Below are positions 12,480 through 26,300 of a stretch of DNA of 64,000 bases, in pieces. The DNA is taken from the NCBI RefSeq assembly GCF_009914755.1, contig NC_060935.1. One strand, 5' to 3'. The notes beneath the pieces are model-generated. The model was not told the origin of the DNA and made no database searches. It saw only the letters and a list, made by a program, of their open reading frames with translations. The stretch is from the human T2T-CHM13v2.0 reference genome, Homo sapiens. A program made the translations under genes and the position numbers. Within the stretch, counting starts at the first letter, position 1; every line of letters starts with the position of its first letter.

Positions 12480-14460
12480 GTATCTGTCAAACAGCAAAGT
12501 AGGTAAATCATTTCACATATGCGCTAACAATGTATCAGAGAATTCTGGTTGCTCTACAGCTTTGCCAATATTTGATGTTATTGGTCTCTTTCATTTTGGC
12601 TATTGGAGTTTTTGCAATTTTGCCACCATTGACATTTTGGGCAGGATAATTCTTTGTTATTTCGGCTGTCCTGTGCTTTGTAAGATGTGTGGCAGGATCC
12701 TAGATGCCAGTAACAACCAAAAATGCCGCCTGCATGTCAAAATTGCCACATCCCATGAGAATCACTGGACTACTCTACAGTGTCTGGTCATACCCCATTG
12801 TGGGGTTGTTGCTTTTTTAAAATTTATCTGATGACTAATGATGTTGAGCCCTTTTTAATGTGATAATTGGCCATTTGTATAATTTTCTTTTATGAAGTGT
12901 TTTTTTTTAAATTAAATATATTCTTGATTCTGTATATATGTTGTATATATTTTCTCCTAGTCTGTGATTTACCAGGTCATTTTCTTAATGGTGTCTTTTG
13001 ATGCAGAGTTTTTTGTTTTGACAAAATATAATTTATCAAATGTGTGTTTTTATAGTTAATACTTTCCATCTTCTCTAAGGTTATGAGAATATTCTTCGAT
13101 GTTTTCTTCTAGAAGTGGTCATTTGCTTTTACCTTTAGACTTATGATTTCTGTGTATAGCATGAGATGTGAGGTCATGTTTTTATTTTTCCTCAGTATAT
13201 TCAGTTGTGCCAGCATCATTTGTTGAAAATTTTTTTCTCCATTGGACTGTCTTGGCAATATGAGTCTATTACTGGACTCTATTCTGTTTTATATGTTGTT
13301 TATCCTTTTACTAATACCTCCATCTTGATTACTGTAGATTTATAATCAGTCTCAAAGTCATTGTAAAGTTAGTTCTCTAATATTATCCTTCTTTTCCAGT
13401 TTATTTCGGTTATTCTAGTTTGCTTATATTTCCACAGAAATTTTAGAATCAGCTTGTAAATGTCTACCAAAAAAATCTTGCTTGAGTTTTCAACTGGGAT
13501 TGCAATAATAGGTATCCACTTTGGTAGAATGGCATCTTAATAATATTGAGTCTTTGAATCTATGAACATGTATCCTTCTCCTTACTTAAGCCATCTTTCA
13601 TTTCTCTCGTCAGTGTTTTATAATTTTCAGTGTAGAGGTCTCACATATCTTTTCTTGAATTTATTTCTAGGTATTTGGTTTTTGGTTCCATTATAAATGG
13701 TATTTTAAAAAATAATTCATTTTTCACTTGTTGATTGATAGTATATAAAATTATAGCTTATTTTTATATACTGGTCTCTTATCCTACAATCTAGGTAAAT
13801 TTGCTTTTTAATTTTCATAGCTATTTTTGTCAATTTCTTAGAATTTTCTGCCAACACAATTATGTCATTTGCAGATAACGAGAGTTTTAATTCTGTCTTA
13901 CCAATCTGTATGTCTTGTATTTCCTTTTCTTACGTTAAGGCACTAGCTGGTTGCTTCTATTAAAATGTTCAGTTGAAGTGTTAAGAGCAGGTATCCTTGC
14001 CTTGTTCCTGATTTTAAGAGGAAAACCTTCAATGTTTTACCAGTAAGTATGCTGTTAGGTGTATGTTTTTAAAGATGCCCTTTATCAGCTTGGGGAAATT
14101 CTTCCAATTAATACTTTGCTAAGAGTTTTTATGGTAAGTAGGTATTTAAATTTGTTAGATCCTTTTTTTTTTTGCATTTATTGAATTTTTGCATTTATTG
14201 ATTTTTCTCATTTAATTTGTTAATGTGGTGAATCACGTAGATTTTTCTTAAGTTAAACCCACTTCTCATCCCTAGGATAAACAAACCACTTATCATGAAG
14301 CATTATTATATTTATACATTGAGGGATTCTAGTTGCTATTATTTTGTCATGGATTTTTATGTTTAATTTCATGCTGTATATTTGTCTGTAATTTTCTTTT
14401 CTCGTAATGTTTATGTCTAAATTTAGTATCATAGTTATGCTAGCCCCATAAAATGAATTG
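12480..14460 (-). mobile_element. Old L1M ORF2/3' fragment
   Basis: Antisense L1 motifs TCTTGATTACTGTAG, TTTTAGAATCAGCTTGT, ATCCTTGCCTTGTTCCTGATTTTAAGAGGAAAA. Confidence 0.8.
12604..12769. mobile_element. MER20-like hAT MITE (deleted) inside the L1M
   Basis: CACCATTGACATTTTGGGCAGGATAATTCTTTGTT...TGAGAATCACTG. Confidence 0.6.
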
Positions 14461-14869
14461 TGATTTCTGGCTTTATAGTGAGGAAGAGAGGTGGAGGGCT
14501 AACCATTTTTTTAGTCTTAACCAGTCTTTCTCTTGTTTAGTTTTGCCCCTCAACTCCACTCTCAAAGGTACTTAATGCCTTCCGTTCCTCAATTTCTCCT
14601 GCCTCTGTGTGAATGAACTCACTTCTTTGTCTCTTTCACTTTAGACTTAGGTTTCAGTTTTTGCAGGTACACTGAATTTGTTATCATTTATTGATGAATT
14701 TTCCATCTCTTCAAATTTTGGTGTCTTTTGCCTGTCTTTTCTCTCCTGTTCTTTTGCCTGTTTTTTTCTCTTCTCTCCTGTTTGTTCTTACACATTTATG
14801 CCTTTTTTTAAAAAATTATTATTCCTTTTCTGTTACTATCAAGGAATTTTCAGAGGGATGAAAGTGTGA

Positions 14870-15016
14870 GCCAGTTGCTGTGGCTCACACTTGTAATCTT
14901 AGCTACTTGTGAGGCTGAAGCAGGAGGATTGCTTGAGCCCAGGAGTTCAAGGCTACAGTGAGATATGATTGTGTCACTGCACGCCAGCCTGGGCGACAGA
15001 GCAAGACCCTCTCTCT
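14870..15016 (+). mobile_element. Alu monomer (FRAM/FAM-like)
   Basis: Single right-arm-like unit GAGGATTGCTTGAGCCCAGGAGTTCAAGGCTACAGTGAG. Confidence 0.8.
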
Positions 15017-15783
15017 AATTAATTTGCCATTTAGTGGAAGCCCTGAACTATTTTCTTTTCCCTTTAGAGGCCAGATACCCTTCTGTGGCCATATGCCTTT
15101 GCACTTGCACTCTGCCCATCCACTACCTCACCTGATTCTCACTCACTGTTTCAAAATGATCTTAGTTGTAATCGTGCCTCCCCAGCTCCCTGCCATGTCT
15201 TTAGTACATTTCATGATATTTCTCTAAGACAGGGGAGGTATAGCTGTTAGATAAGGAGAATGAGGGTAGGTGGACTGTAATAAAAGGTTGAAATTTTTTC
15301 TTCTGCTTTTCTTTTAGAAGATGAGAGAGACTTGAACATGTTTACACTGTATGGGAAGTGGCCACGGAAAAGCTTGAGATTGAAGTTATAGGAGAGTTTG
15401 AATAATTAACAAAAGCAGAGAGGAATAGGATCTGAATCATAGGTAGAAGGATTAGCTTTAGGTAAGAGATAGGAGGGACCTGTCTTCATTGTTACAGGAA
15501 GGAAGGAAGGAAGAAAAGATAGTTGCAATAGCCGGTTTATTTGTAGGTTTGGTAGCGGAAAGTTGATGAGCTCTCATTTGGTACCTTCTTTTTATTCTCT
15601 GTGAAGTAGAAGACAAAGTTATCTGTTGAGAAGGGTGAGAGATGAAGTGAAGCAGCAAATTACAGGAGAGAGAATTTCAACTAGCATTATTCTGGGAAGG
15701 CTCCTTGTAGATAGCTATGTATACTATGGGAGCAAGAAGTCTCAGCTAACAACCTGGCAGCAGGCAACAAGAGACAATACATC

Positions 15784-16156
15784 TGATATAATTTGGCTGT
15801 GTCCCCACCTAAATCTCATCTTGAATTGTAGCTCTCATAGTTCCCATGTGTTGTGGGAGGGACCCAGTGGGAGATAATTGAATCATGGGGTGGCGAGGAG
15901 GGGGTTCCCCCATATTGTTCTCCTCATGGTAGTGAATAAGTCTCACAAGATTTGATGATTTTATAAGGGGTTTCCCCTTTCGCTTGGCTCTTATTCTCTC
16001 TTGCCTGCTGCCATGTAAGACATGCTTTTCGCCTTCTGCCATGATTGCGAGGCCTCCCCAGCCGTGTGGAACTTTGAACCATTAAACCTGTTTTTCTTTA
16101 TAAATTGCTCAGTCCCGGGTATATCTTTATCTGCAGTGTGAAAATGGATTAATACA
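15784..16156 (+). mobile_element. THE1 (MaLR) solo LTR
   Basis: TGATATAATTTGGCTGTGTCCCCACC...TAATACA; 5-bp flanks ACATC/CCATC. Confidence 0.9.
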
Positions 16157-18966
16157 CCATCTCATAGCATTTTGCCCTTCTTTTTTCTTGGTTGATGTAT
16201 CAGTGGTCCTTATATTACAGTTCAGCGCAATAATTTATAATCATAATTATGGCCATGAGTTATGTTCAGTTAATTTTGTTTAAGAAGGCTAGGAAGTATA
16301 GAGTAGTAAGTGTATAATTAGTAGCACGTGTATTGTACTTAGCAGTTTACAAATGCTTTCACATCTGGTTTTATCTTCTGTAAGATAGGCTTTGTTACCC
16401 CTATGTTTGTACTTGAGAAAATGAAGGCTTACTTACAGTTAAGTGGTTTGTCAGAAACACAGAATTAGTAAGGGTTATGATCTAGGCTTGATCATGTATC
16501 CTCTGACTCTAGATTCTCTCGCATTATATCACACTTCTCATAATTGCCATCTAAAAGGGTTTACTGTTGTTTAAAGGCATAATTTTTATTTTTTTCTGGA
16601 TTTCCATAGAACACCTCATTTATGCACAGTTAATTAAGTATTATGGAAGGTCAGACATAATTACTACTGTCTTGTAATTTTGAAAGGATCTAGATTTTTT
16701 ATGGCTTATGAAGTGAAATTTAGTTTTCTTACTCTTTTTGCATAAGTTTAGACTTTCTAATAGATTTAAGGAGAAAATTATAAGGGAAAAGCATATTATT
16801 TATAATGTTTATCAGATTTTTAAAAACAAAAACAGGCTTTTAAAGTTCGTATTCTTGTTTCCCAATTAGAACTATCACATTTTGTTAGTCTGTGTTTTTC
16901 AACAATGTCACAAAACAGTTGGAGAATAAAATTACATTTGACTAACAGCATTTTGTATCTAATTTTGTAAAAAGGCACACGTATTACATGTAATTTTCTA
17001 AGTTCAGAAGACTTTGAATTTAACACCTCCTGCACAATTAGGTGTTTAGATAAAATATTGCTAAATTGTAGGCTGCTGAGTTTACAATACATATTGATTT
17101 AGTAAATACTGTTTCCTTATTTCAGTTTTTGTAAATGTAATGCTTACTCAGGGTCCTGATTCTGAAAAAATTCTTACTAATTGAGATATTTTAGAATACT
17201 TTAAAGATACATATTTACGTAAAGTGCAGAATTAGTTTTAAAGACATTCACATACCATACATATTACATATTATAGACATACATATTGGCCTGCCGTGTA
17301 ATAATTTACTATATAAAAAATAAAAGTAATTGAACCAACATTTTTCAGCACTGTTTTATTAATAGGGACTTTACTTATTAGTAAATCAATTGTGAATTGA
17401 TTTTTAAAATTTTTTTTAGTTTTCTATTAAAAACAATTTGAATAGTAATCCATTGCTTTGAAATGGTCTAGGGTCCAGAATGATTAGTTATGTTATTCCT
17501 GTATTTTTTGCAGTTATGCATGTGAAAATTGCTATTTACTTAAGAGAAAGCTTCATCTCAAAAGCTTTGTCAAATTGAGAACTGGGGGTCTTTTCCCACT
17601 GATCCTGATAATATTACAGGATACTTCTCAGTTGGAAAAGAGTTATTGTGTTGGAAAATTATATGCTTCTGTTATAATATGTTCTATAATCTTGAAGAAA
17701 ATCCATGTAATTTGAGTCAGGAGTGTGCAGGATGGTCTTGTTGTTAATGTTGGAAGGGTGTAAAATACCACTTAATACTTACGTGGGCATTCAGAGGGTC
17801 TCATTTGATTAGAAATGGTTATATATAGATTAGCTTTAAGCTAGTTATGTCATCCACTTTAATGTCTTGAAAAAGAAAGTAGAAAGGGGACCTGTACTAT
17901 AGTCAGAAGAAAATTACCACGTTGGAAAAGAAGGGAGTGAAGAACAATTCTTTAAATAAGTCTTTTGAGTACATTACAAAGCAAAAGAGATCTTGATTAC
18001 AGGAAAGGTACTTAGGCATTAAGAGAAATTTTGTGAAAAAAAATCTAGGAGTGTTGTAAGTAAAAATCTGGAAGATATAACTTGTCTTGTAGTTCACATT
18101 ATAATTTCTGTTACCATAGTTAACTATTTAGCTGTCATCTAGGTATTATTAATATATAGAATGCATGATACGTAACAATAAATAGTTATGTCATAGGGAG
18201 ACTCTATCATAAACAATTCTTTTTCGTGATAAAAGTGGTAGGAATAGCATTTTAAATGAATAACTTTAGCTAACATGTAGCACTGCGTATCAGATACTCT
18301 TGTAATCACTTCATGTGAATTATTCAACTCTGCAAAGTGCAATATCATTATTATTTCTAATATATAGATGGGTAAACCAAGGCTCAGAGATTAAGTAACA
18401 TACTGACTAGCAGCAAGAAATTATGACACACTTTACATATACTTTGAAAACTGTATTAAAAAAAAGCAGGCAGTCAGTTACCTTTCCAGTGGTTTTTTTT
18501 TTAATATTCCTATCGCATAAATGCAGCAATAATAGATTATATCTTTAGAGAAAAGGTATTATTTATGTTAAAGGTACAGACTAGTGAAAAGTTAAGCGTG
18601 AGCTCTAGAGGGAGGGAAGGAAATTACACTAGAAACTTGGTGAAAAGTGTGAAAGGTGGCAGTGTGGTGTTGTGGAAACCTGAGTTCTTATCATGCCTGA
18701 TTATTAGTTAATGACATTTACTTCCCCAATTCTTGAGGAATGTAAAAATATCTTAAGAAGTTCATTTTCTTTTATCTTAGCCATTTCCAGTAAAATTGTG
18801 CTAGGACAACTAAGGTGTGTCTTAACATACATAAACTGCATGGATCTGAGTTTCTTCATCTGTAAAAATGAGATGCTTATACTATGTTACTCTCTAAAGC
18901 CAGCTCTGGTATTTGTTCTTTTGTTTTTGTTTTTTTCTCTATTATATTTTCATTTGTCCTCTAGCT

Positions 18967-19309
18967 CAGGGGTCCCCAGTCCCCGCGCTGCAAACCAGTA
19001 CTGGTCCATGGCCAGTTAGGAACCAGGCCATGCAGCAGGTGGTGCGGAGCCAGTGTGCGAGTGTTACCACCTGAGCTCTGCATCCTGTCAGATCCACTGT
19101 GGCACTGGGTTCTCATAGGAGCACAAACCTATTGTGAACTGTGCATGTGAGGGATGTAGGTCGCACATTCCTTATGAGAATCTAATTAATGCCTGATGAA
19201 CTGAGGTGGAACAGTTTCATTCTGAAACCATACTCCCTACACCCCCATCCATGGAAAAATTGTTTTCCACAAAACTGGTCCCTGGTGCCAAAAAGGTTGG
19301 GGACCGCTG
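18967..19309 (+). mobile_element. MER1B-like hAT-Charlie MITE
   Basis: CAGGGGTCCCCA...TGGGGACCGCTG TIRs; 8-bp TSD CTCTAGCT/CTCTCGCT. Confidence 0.9.
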
Positions 19310-19596
19310 CTCTCGCTGACCCACCAAGTCTGAGAATTTTTTTCTTAATTTAACATACTGTAAGTAACTTTTGGCAACCCAAGATTGGTTTGTTGACTCA
19401 TAATGGATGCAATTTAAACAGAACAATTAATTGAGACTGCAGTGGTAATCTGTCTCTCATTTGCCATGTTTTTAAGATGAAAAATATCCCCTTTATGGCT
19501 TGTTTAAAATGTCATCGTTGATAATGCTTTTAAGTTAGAAAATCTGAGTATAAATGCTCCACAGTTTCCTTTTACAGACAGTGAAAGAAATAAATC

Positions 19597-19905
19597 TTTT
19601 TTTTTTTCTTTTGAGACAGAGTCTCACCCTGTCGTCCAGGCTGGAGTGCAGTGGTGCGATCTAGTCTCACTGCAACCTCCACTTCCCAGGTTCAAGCGAT
19701 TCTCCTCCCTCAGCCTCCCAAGTAGCTGGGATTACAGGCGCCCGCTACCACACTCAGCTAATTTTTTTTTCTTTTTTTGTATTTTTAGTAGAGACAGGGT
19801 TTCACCATGTTAGCCAAGCTGGTCTTGACCTCCTGACCTCAGGTGATCCACCCGCCTCAGCCTCCCAAAATGCTGGGATTATGGGCATGAGCCACTGTGC
19901 CCGGC
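19597..19905 (-). mobile_element. Alu (AluS)
   Basis: Reverse dimer with GAAAGAAAT on both flanks. Confidence 0.95.
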
Positions 19906-20494
19906 TGAAAGAAATCTTAAAATAACTTTCTAATTATCATCTGACTTACCTAGCTGATAGGAAATCTATGAAGAGATGATTTAGGGCATTATTATATTTA
20001 TCACATAGTCTAGCTTAAAAGAATTATAGCGTTTCAGAAACTGAAAGAATCTAGCTAAAAGAATCATAGAATGTCAAAAACTAAAGAAAGAGATTGAGGA
20101 TGTGGAAGATGAGCACAGAAAAGTAGAACAAAGACACATAATAAATATTCAAAATCGAGTAACATGCAACGAACTTACAGACCAAAAATCATTTTCAACC
20201 AGTATTATTAAGCAAACATTAACATGGGAAAAGTGAAAGTTTTGTTTTAAAATATATTCACATTTAGAATTTCCTTATGATTTGGCGTATGTTATTTTCA
20301 GTTACGCCAAAATACAAAGACAGGAAAACATTTTTGTCAGTCCTTTCTGAAGGGATTAATATCCCACTTTTGTTAAATTTTTGGAGTTCTAGAAACTAGG
20401 GTGATAGTTGTTTTACTTTTTCTTTTATTTTTATAAAATAACTCGAACTTTATTATGTTTCTTATTAGGATGTATTTCTTTTAGGCATTTAAAA

Positions 20495-20690
20495 AATAAA
20501 CTTTATTGAGGTATAATTTATATGCAATAAAGTGTACCTATTTTAGTACATTTCAGTGAGTCTTGACTACATGTATGTGTATAATCAACACCATATCAAG
20601 ATATAGAACATTTTCATCTCAGAAAGTTCCTTTATGCTTCTCATTCTTCCCTGGGCAACCATGGATCTGCTTTCTGTTGCTATAGATTTC
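20495..20690 (-). mobile_element. L1M 3' UTR fragment
   Basis: CTTTATTGAGGTATAATTTA...AAGATATAGAACATTT...GGCAACCATGGATCTGCTTTCTGT. Confidence 0.7.
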
Positions 20691-20851
20691 TTGAGCCATT
20701 ATTTTAGGCTCTAAAAACATCTTGATGTTTTATTTGGCCTTTAATGAACCATATTAGTAAAGATTTTTAAAGAGAGATTAATTTATCCCTTCACCCACTC
20801 CCAAAGAGTAAATCTTATTATAGCACATTACATAGTATACTTTCAACCAAA

Positions 20852-20921
20852 ATGTTTTGTAAGAAGTCTGATTAGTGCATTTGGGTATGTTTTATAAGAA
20901 GTCTGATTAGTGCATTCGGGT
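20852..20921 (+). repeat. 35-bp tandem duplication
   Basis: Two adjacent copies, 33/35 identical. Confidence 0.95.
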
Positions 20922-21412
20922 GTTATATGGGTTTTATATGATTAAAAGTAGTAACTATTACTTGTAAGGTATACATAAAATCATACCTCTTGAGACATGA
21001 AGCATCGTTAAAATTTGACTTCAAGTAAATCATAAATTTTTAGCTCACGAATCCCCTTTTACTGGTTAAGGTTATTTGTGTTTTGACTGATTTTTCCCTT
21101 ATTTTCAAATTCACTCTTCTTAATAATTATAATAATTTGTATTACATATCTGTGCTTGAATTATTTTCTGTGTCACAAATACAATTAATGTTGTTGTGTC
21201 CATGTTATCTACAATTAAAGATCAAATAGATTCTTAAACTCAGTAATGGACTGTAAAGTCTCTTCTCATTCTGTTAAGATTTTGAAATTGACTGTAAATT
21301 GAGCATTGTTATTGGTGTGGTGTGTAGGATAAGTGTCTGGAAAAGACATATCTTTTTCCCTGAAGCAACTTAAACTAGCTATTCATTACTTTTTGGTTAT
21401 CTCAAAAAAAAA

Positions 21413-21846
<434 letters not shown>

Positions 21847-22039
21847 TGAGGGTGTCTTTAGTAATTCATTCATCCATTCACTCAGCATTTGTTAGGGTTA
21901 GTATATACTGTTTTTCTAGGAACTGTTTCCAGGTGCTGTGGATATGGCAGAGTTTATTTTAAGTACTGGTATCTGATGTAATAAATATTATGTACAGTAT
22001 ATAAATTCTAAAATGTGGTTTTATAGGGAGGCTGTATAT

Positions 22040-22240
22040 ATAGCACAGTAATTAAAAGTCATGGCTTTGGGCCTCACTTGTACCATTTATGATATGTGTG
22101 ACCTAGGAAGAATGACTTACCTCTCTTAGACTCAGTTTCCTTATCTGCAAAAATCAACACAATAATACCTACCTCAAGGGTTTCATAAAGACTAAATGAA
22201 AGAATGAATATAAAGCATTTAGCCAGTGTCTTGCATGTGA
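22040..22240 (+). mobile_element. MIR
   Basis: TGTGTGACCTAGGAAGAATGACTTACCTCTCTTAGACTCAGTTTCCTTATCTGCAAAA. Confidence 0.75.
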
Positions 22241-22464
22241 TGCCTTATCATAATTTATCATCATCAGTAGAAATTATGTACAAGATGCATTTAAAGAATC
22301 ATGCAGGGCCATATAAAAATACAGAATAATGACATTATACTAATTTAACTATTATTGTCCATCAAAACATTTAAAAATGGGAAAATTATATTTTGGATGT
22401 GTGGTTTTATCTGTTTATTATTGTATATGTAATGCAATTATATGTACATATTGTTGTATACAGT

Positions 22465-23306
22465 TGTTTTGAGATGGGAAAAAGCCAAAGTGTTTTCCCT
22501 ACTCTCACACACCACTCAATACAGTACTTCTGACTGTAGGATTGTGCATGGTTTTCTCCCCACATGCCAAGCAGTTCTCCAGTGGACACCAATTGGGTGT
22601 CCTGTAATTCAGTTCTGACACTGTTTACCTGGAGTCAGTGTCAGATCCATAAGGGTTAAGGATTCATTACCATAAGACTCCCCTCCATGTTAGGTGTCAG
22701 ATGCAAGCCCCAGGTTGTGATATGTGCCTCTGACTGACTGGCTGTAAATCTGGGTTCCCATGTTTCCTTCTTTATTCTCAATTGATTTGCTGAAGCAGCT
22801 TACAGAACTCGGAAAATTTACTTGTATTTACATACTCATTACAAAGGATATTTTGAAGAATATAAATGAAGAGATCCATAGGGTGAGGTCTGTAGGGGTC
22901 CCCAGTGCAGAAGCTGTGGATTTGGAGTGCACTGCCCTTCTGGCACAGTGTGTTCTTTGTTAACCCACCTGGAGGTCACTGTACTCCATCCGTTTTAATG
23001 AGGGCTTTATTAGGTAGGCATACTTGATTAAATCAGTGGCTGCTGGTGATCTGCTCAACCATCAACCCCTCTCCACTTCCTGGAGGTTGAGGGCTGGGGC
23101 TGAAAGTCCCAACCCTCCAATCATGCTTTAGTCTTTCTGGTGACCAGCCACCATCCTGAAGCTGCCTAGGGGCCCCCAGCCACTAGTCATTCCATTAGCA
23201 TACAAAAGATACTCTTCACTCTAGAGACTCCAAGGGTTTTAGGAGCTGTTTGCCAGGAACTAGGGGCAGAGACCAAATACATGTATTTCTCATATTATAA
23301 TATTAT
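22465..23306 (-). mobile_element. MER21-like LTR
   Basis: CTGGAGTCAGTGTCAGATCC, GGGGCTGAAAGTCCCAACCCTCCAATCATG and GGGGCAGAGACCAAATAC match recalled MER21; orientation is tentative. Confidence 0.7.
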
Positions 23307-26300
23307 AGGTTATATTCATGAAACTTCAGATACTGTACTTCATGGACAATTTAAAGATTTTCAAGAGTAGTTTTGATTACATGTAATTTTCACATTGTCT
23401 TTGGATCTGGACACCTATGAAAACTGTTCTTACTTTGTAAGTGTTCAGTTGCATGTTGGGAAGTTAGTGCTATTACCAGTTACAGGAATTGGAAAGCAAG
23501 GTTGCACAGAAAGTTTTGCTTGTAGTTTATGGAAAAGAAATGCCCCCCGGATTGCTGTATTGTGAGGAAAAAAGGGCAAGGGCCAGCATATGCCATAAGT
23601 GTGGGAACCACACCTGATGCAGCCTTTCGTCCTAATGTAACAGAATGTATCTCCTCTGCACAGCTAGGTGTGGGACTCCGTTTCAGCTTTTTTGTTTTCT
23701 GTTCTAATAATCTGTCCTTCTTCAGTCAGTCCCTCTATAATGTATGTAATTATCTTAAGCCAAATAGGGCTATCAGAACAAAAGTTCATTTCCAGAATAA
23801 TTTCCAGAATAGGCAAAATACTCTCAGGGCAAAAACACCTTCAGTTCTTTGTCTTTGATTGTTTTTCCTTCAGTTTTGGCCTTACTATCTTGTCAACTCT
23901 TTGATGCTTTTACAGTGTTTTATAATGTATTTCATCTTCATTTTGTAGTTCTCAATGAAAAGAATAGACTAGCGCTACCCCCATTGTAAATAAGAAGCCC
24001 TCTTCTCATTTCTTCCTATTCAGTGGAGGAAGTCTACCTCCCATTAAGGCACAACTCAAAGAACTTCTTGAACTAATCATTGTAGTTACTCAGAAAGTCT
24101 CCCCACTTCTTAGATGTTCCATTGATACATCATAACTCTGTTATTCCACTGTCCATATCCTATCTTTACTCTAATTGCTTATGCCTGTGGCTCCCTCTCA
24201 GCTAGAAGTGAAGTTCTTGGAGGCAGGGATCCTGTCTTAGTTATTTTTGTATCCTTGGTAGCACCAACTTCATGGACTCAATATAATAGATTCTCAGTAC
24301 ATTCTTTGGTTGAATTGTGCTGGATTTTGCTGAAGGAGAATAAAAAGGTTAAGAAGGAAGTTGGCTCTGTTCATTTGGCCTCTCTATATGAGTTGCAGTA
24401 CGGTTCTCCCTTTTCTATTATTCCTTACAGGTTCATTGATGATGTTACATAGCCCTTGACCCATGTGAACTGATGACAGAATAGAGCCACACAGCATGTG
24501 AAGTGATTTGACCTGTAGCAATCTTTGAACCAGTGTTTTGTCTACACCTATCCTCAGAGGCTATCCAGCTGTTAGATTTCATTTTTAATAATTCAGCCAA
24601 GAGTGTGGAACATTTTTCTCTTGAGATTTTCAATAGCTAGTCTGAAGATATGTTTTTGAGAGCTTCAAATAGTGTTCCAGAAGAGAATGTTAGAATCGGG
24701 AAGAATAAGCATATTAGATACTTAAAGGAAAGTATCTGAAAAAGAAAATAGAGAATATAAGCATATAATTTTCAGTTTACTAAAGAATACTGTTTTTAGG
24801 AATAATAGTCATGAAAATTATAAGGGAAAAAAAGAGTTTTTAAAAAGCCTCTGTTACCCAGTTTAATGCATCTTTTAGTTCAGACATGATTACTTCACAA
24901 TCACAGTGACTTTTGCACACTATCTTGTAATTTTTAAAAAGTTTTAAACATTTATCACAAATTATTCTAGATTCTTCATATCGGGTTTTTAGAAAGTAAA
25001 TATTAAAAGGAACTTCAGGTGGTGAAGCATTCAACTGGAGCAATTTATTATTACATAATAAAAAAGGGCCAAAAAACTGGTTATTCCAACCATGTTTTGT
25101 TTGAGCCATGATCTTCCCAGATACATGAGTAGATTTTAGAATCTACCCTTACAGTGACCTTTTTGATTTTACAACTCCTTCAAACTTTGGTGACTATCTA
25201 GATGTCCCTGACTTTTCAATGAATGCCATCTTATGCATGTACTACTGTAATGTGCCACAAAAGCATTTGAAGTAAATTATATATTAGATGATATCTGTTG
25301 GTTTGTTTTGTGTTAAACTGTATGAAGATCTTAGAAATGTAAAAATTTAATCACTTACTGTCCCACCATATGATTGACTCCAATCCCCCTGGGAGTTAAG
25401 TAAGAAAAATCTTGTAAATTAAATTATCATTAAAAGACTTGTTTCTTTTCTAAGTTAAGTAAACTAACACAAAGATCACTAAAAATATAAGGTTTCTTGA
25501 GTGTTCTTTTTTTCCTCCCTCTTTTGACAAGATTGTGAAAAGGTGATAGTAATAATGTAATATTATTAAGGCCCAATCCTAGAGAGGAAGCAGAGCAAGA
25601 TGGCCGAATAGAAGCCTCCGGTGGTCATCCCCTCTGCAGGAACATCAAATTGAATAACTATATTAAGGAAGGAGGCATGGAGTAGGATAGGAAAGACAGT
25701 CTTTAATCACCTACACCATCTCTCCCCCATCCCCCTGCAGTGGCCACATGGCGTGGAAAGAGAATCCGTGTGCTTGGGGAAGGGAGAGCACCATGCTCGT
25801 AGGATGTTGCATCCACAGTGCTGCTGTGTCACAGCGGAAAGCAACACTTGGCAGAACTCAACCAGCACCCACAAAGAGCATTTAGATCAGCCCTAGACAG
25901 AGGCAAGTTTTCTATCCCAGAGGTCTGAATCTGAGTTCCAATTCCAGCAAACCCTGCCACCATGAGCTAAAGTTCTCTGGGGTCATAAGTAAACTTGAAA
26001 GGCAGTCTAGGCCACAAGGGTTGTAATTCCTGGACACGTGTTATGCTGGGCTCAGAGCCAGTTGACTTGGGGTCCACATGACCTGATGAGATACCAGCTA
26101 GGGTGGCCCAGGGAGTACTTGCATCAACCCTCCCCCAACCCTAGGCAATGCAGCTTACAACTCTGGGAGAGATTCCTTCCTTCTGCTTGAGATGAAGATA
26201 GTAGAGAGTAAAGGCAACTATGTCTGGCAACTTGGATGCCAGCTCAGCCACAGTAGAATAGGGTATCAGGCAGAGTCCTGAGGCCCCCCATCTAGGCTGT

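Noticed and set aside
17440-18120. Purine-rich stretch resembling a decayed processed pseudogene
   Set aside because: Stops in the frames I tried, no recognisable protein, no poly(A) or TSD; a translated search would be needed to go further.
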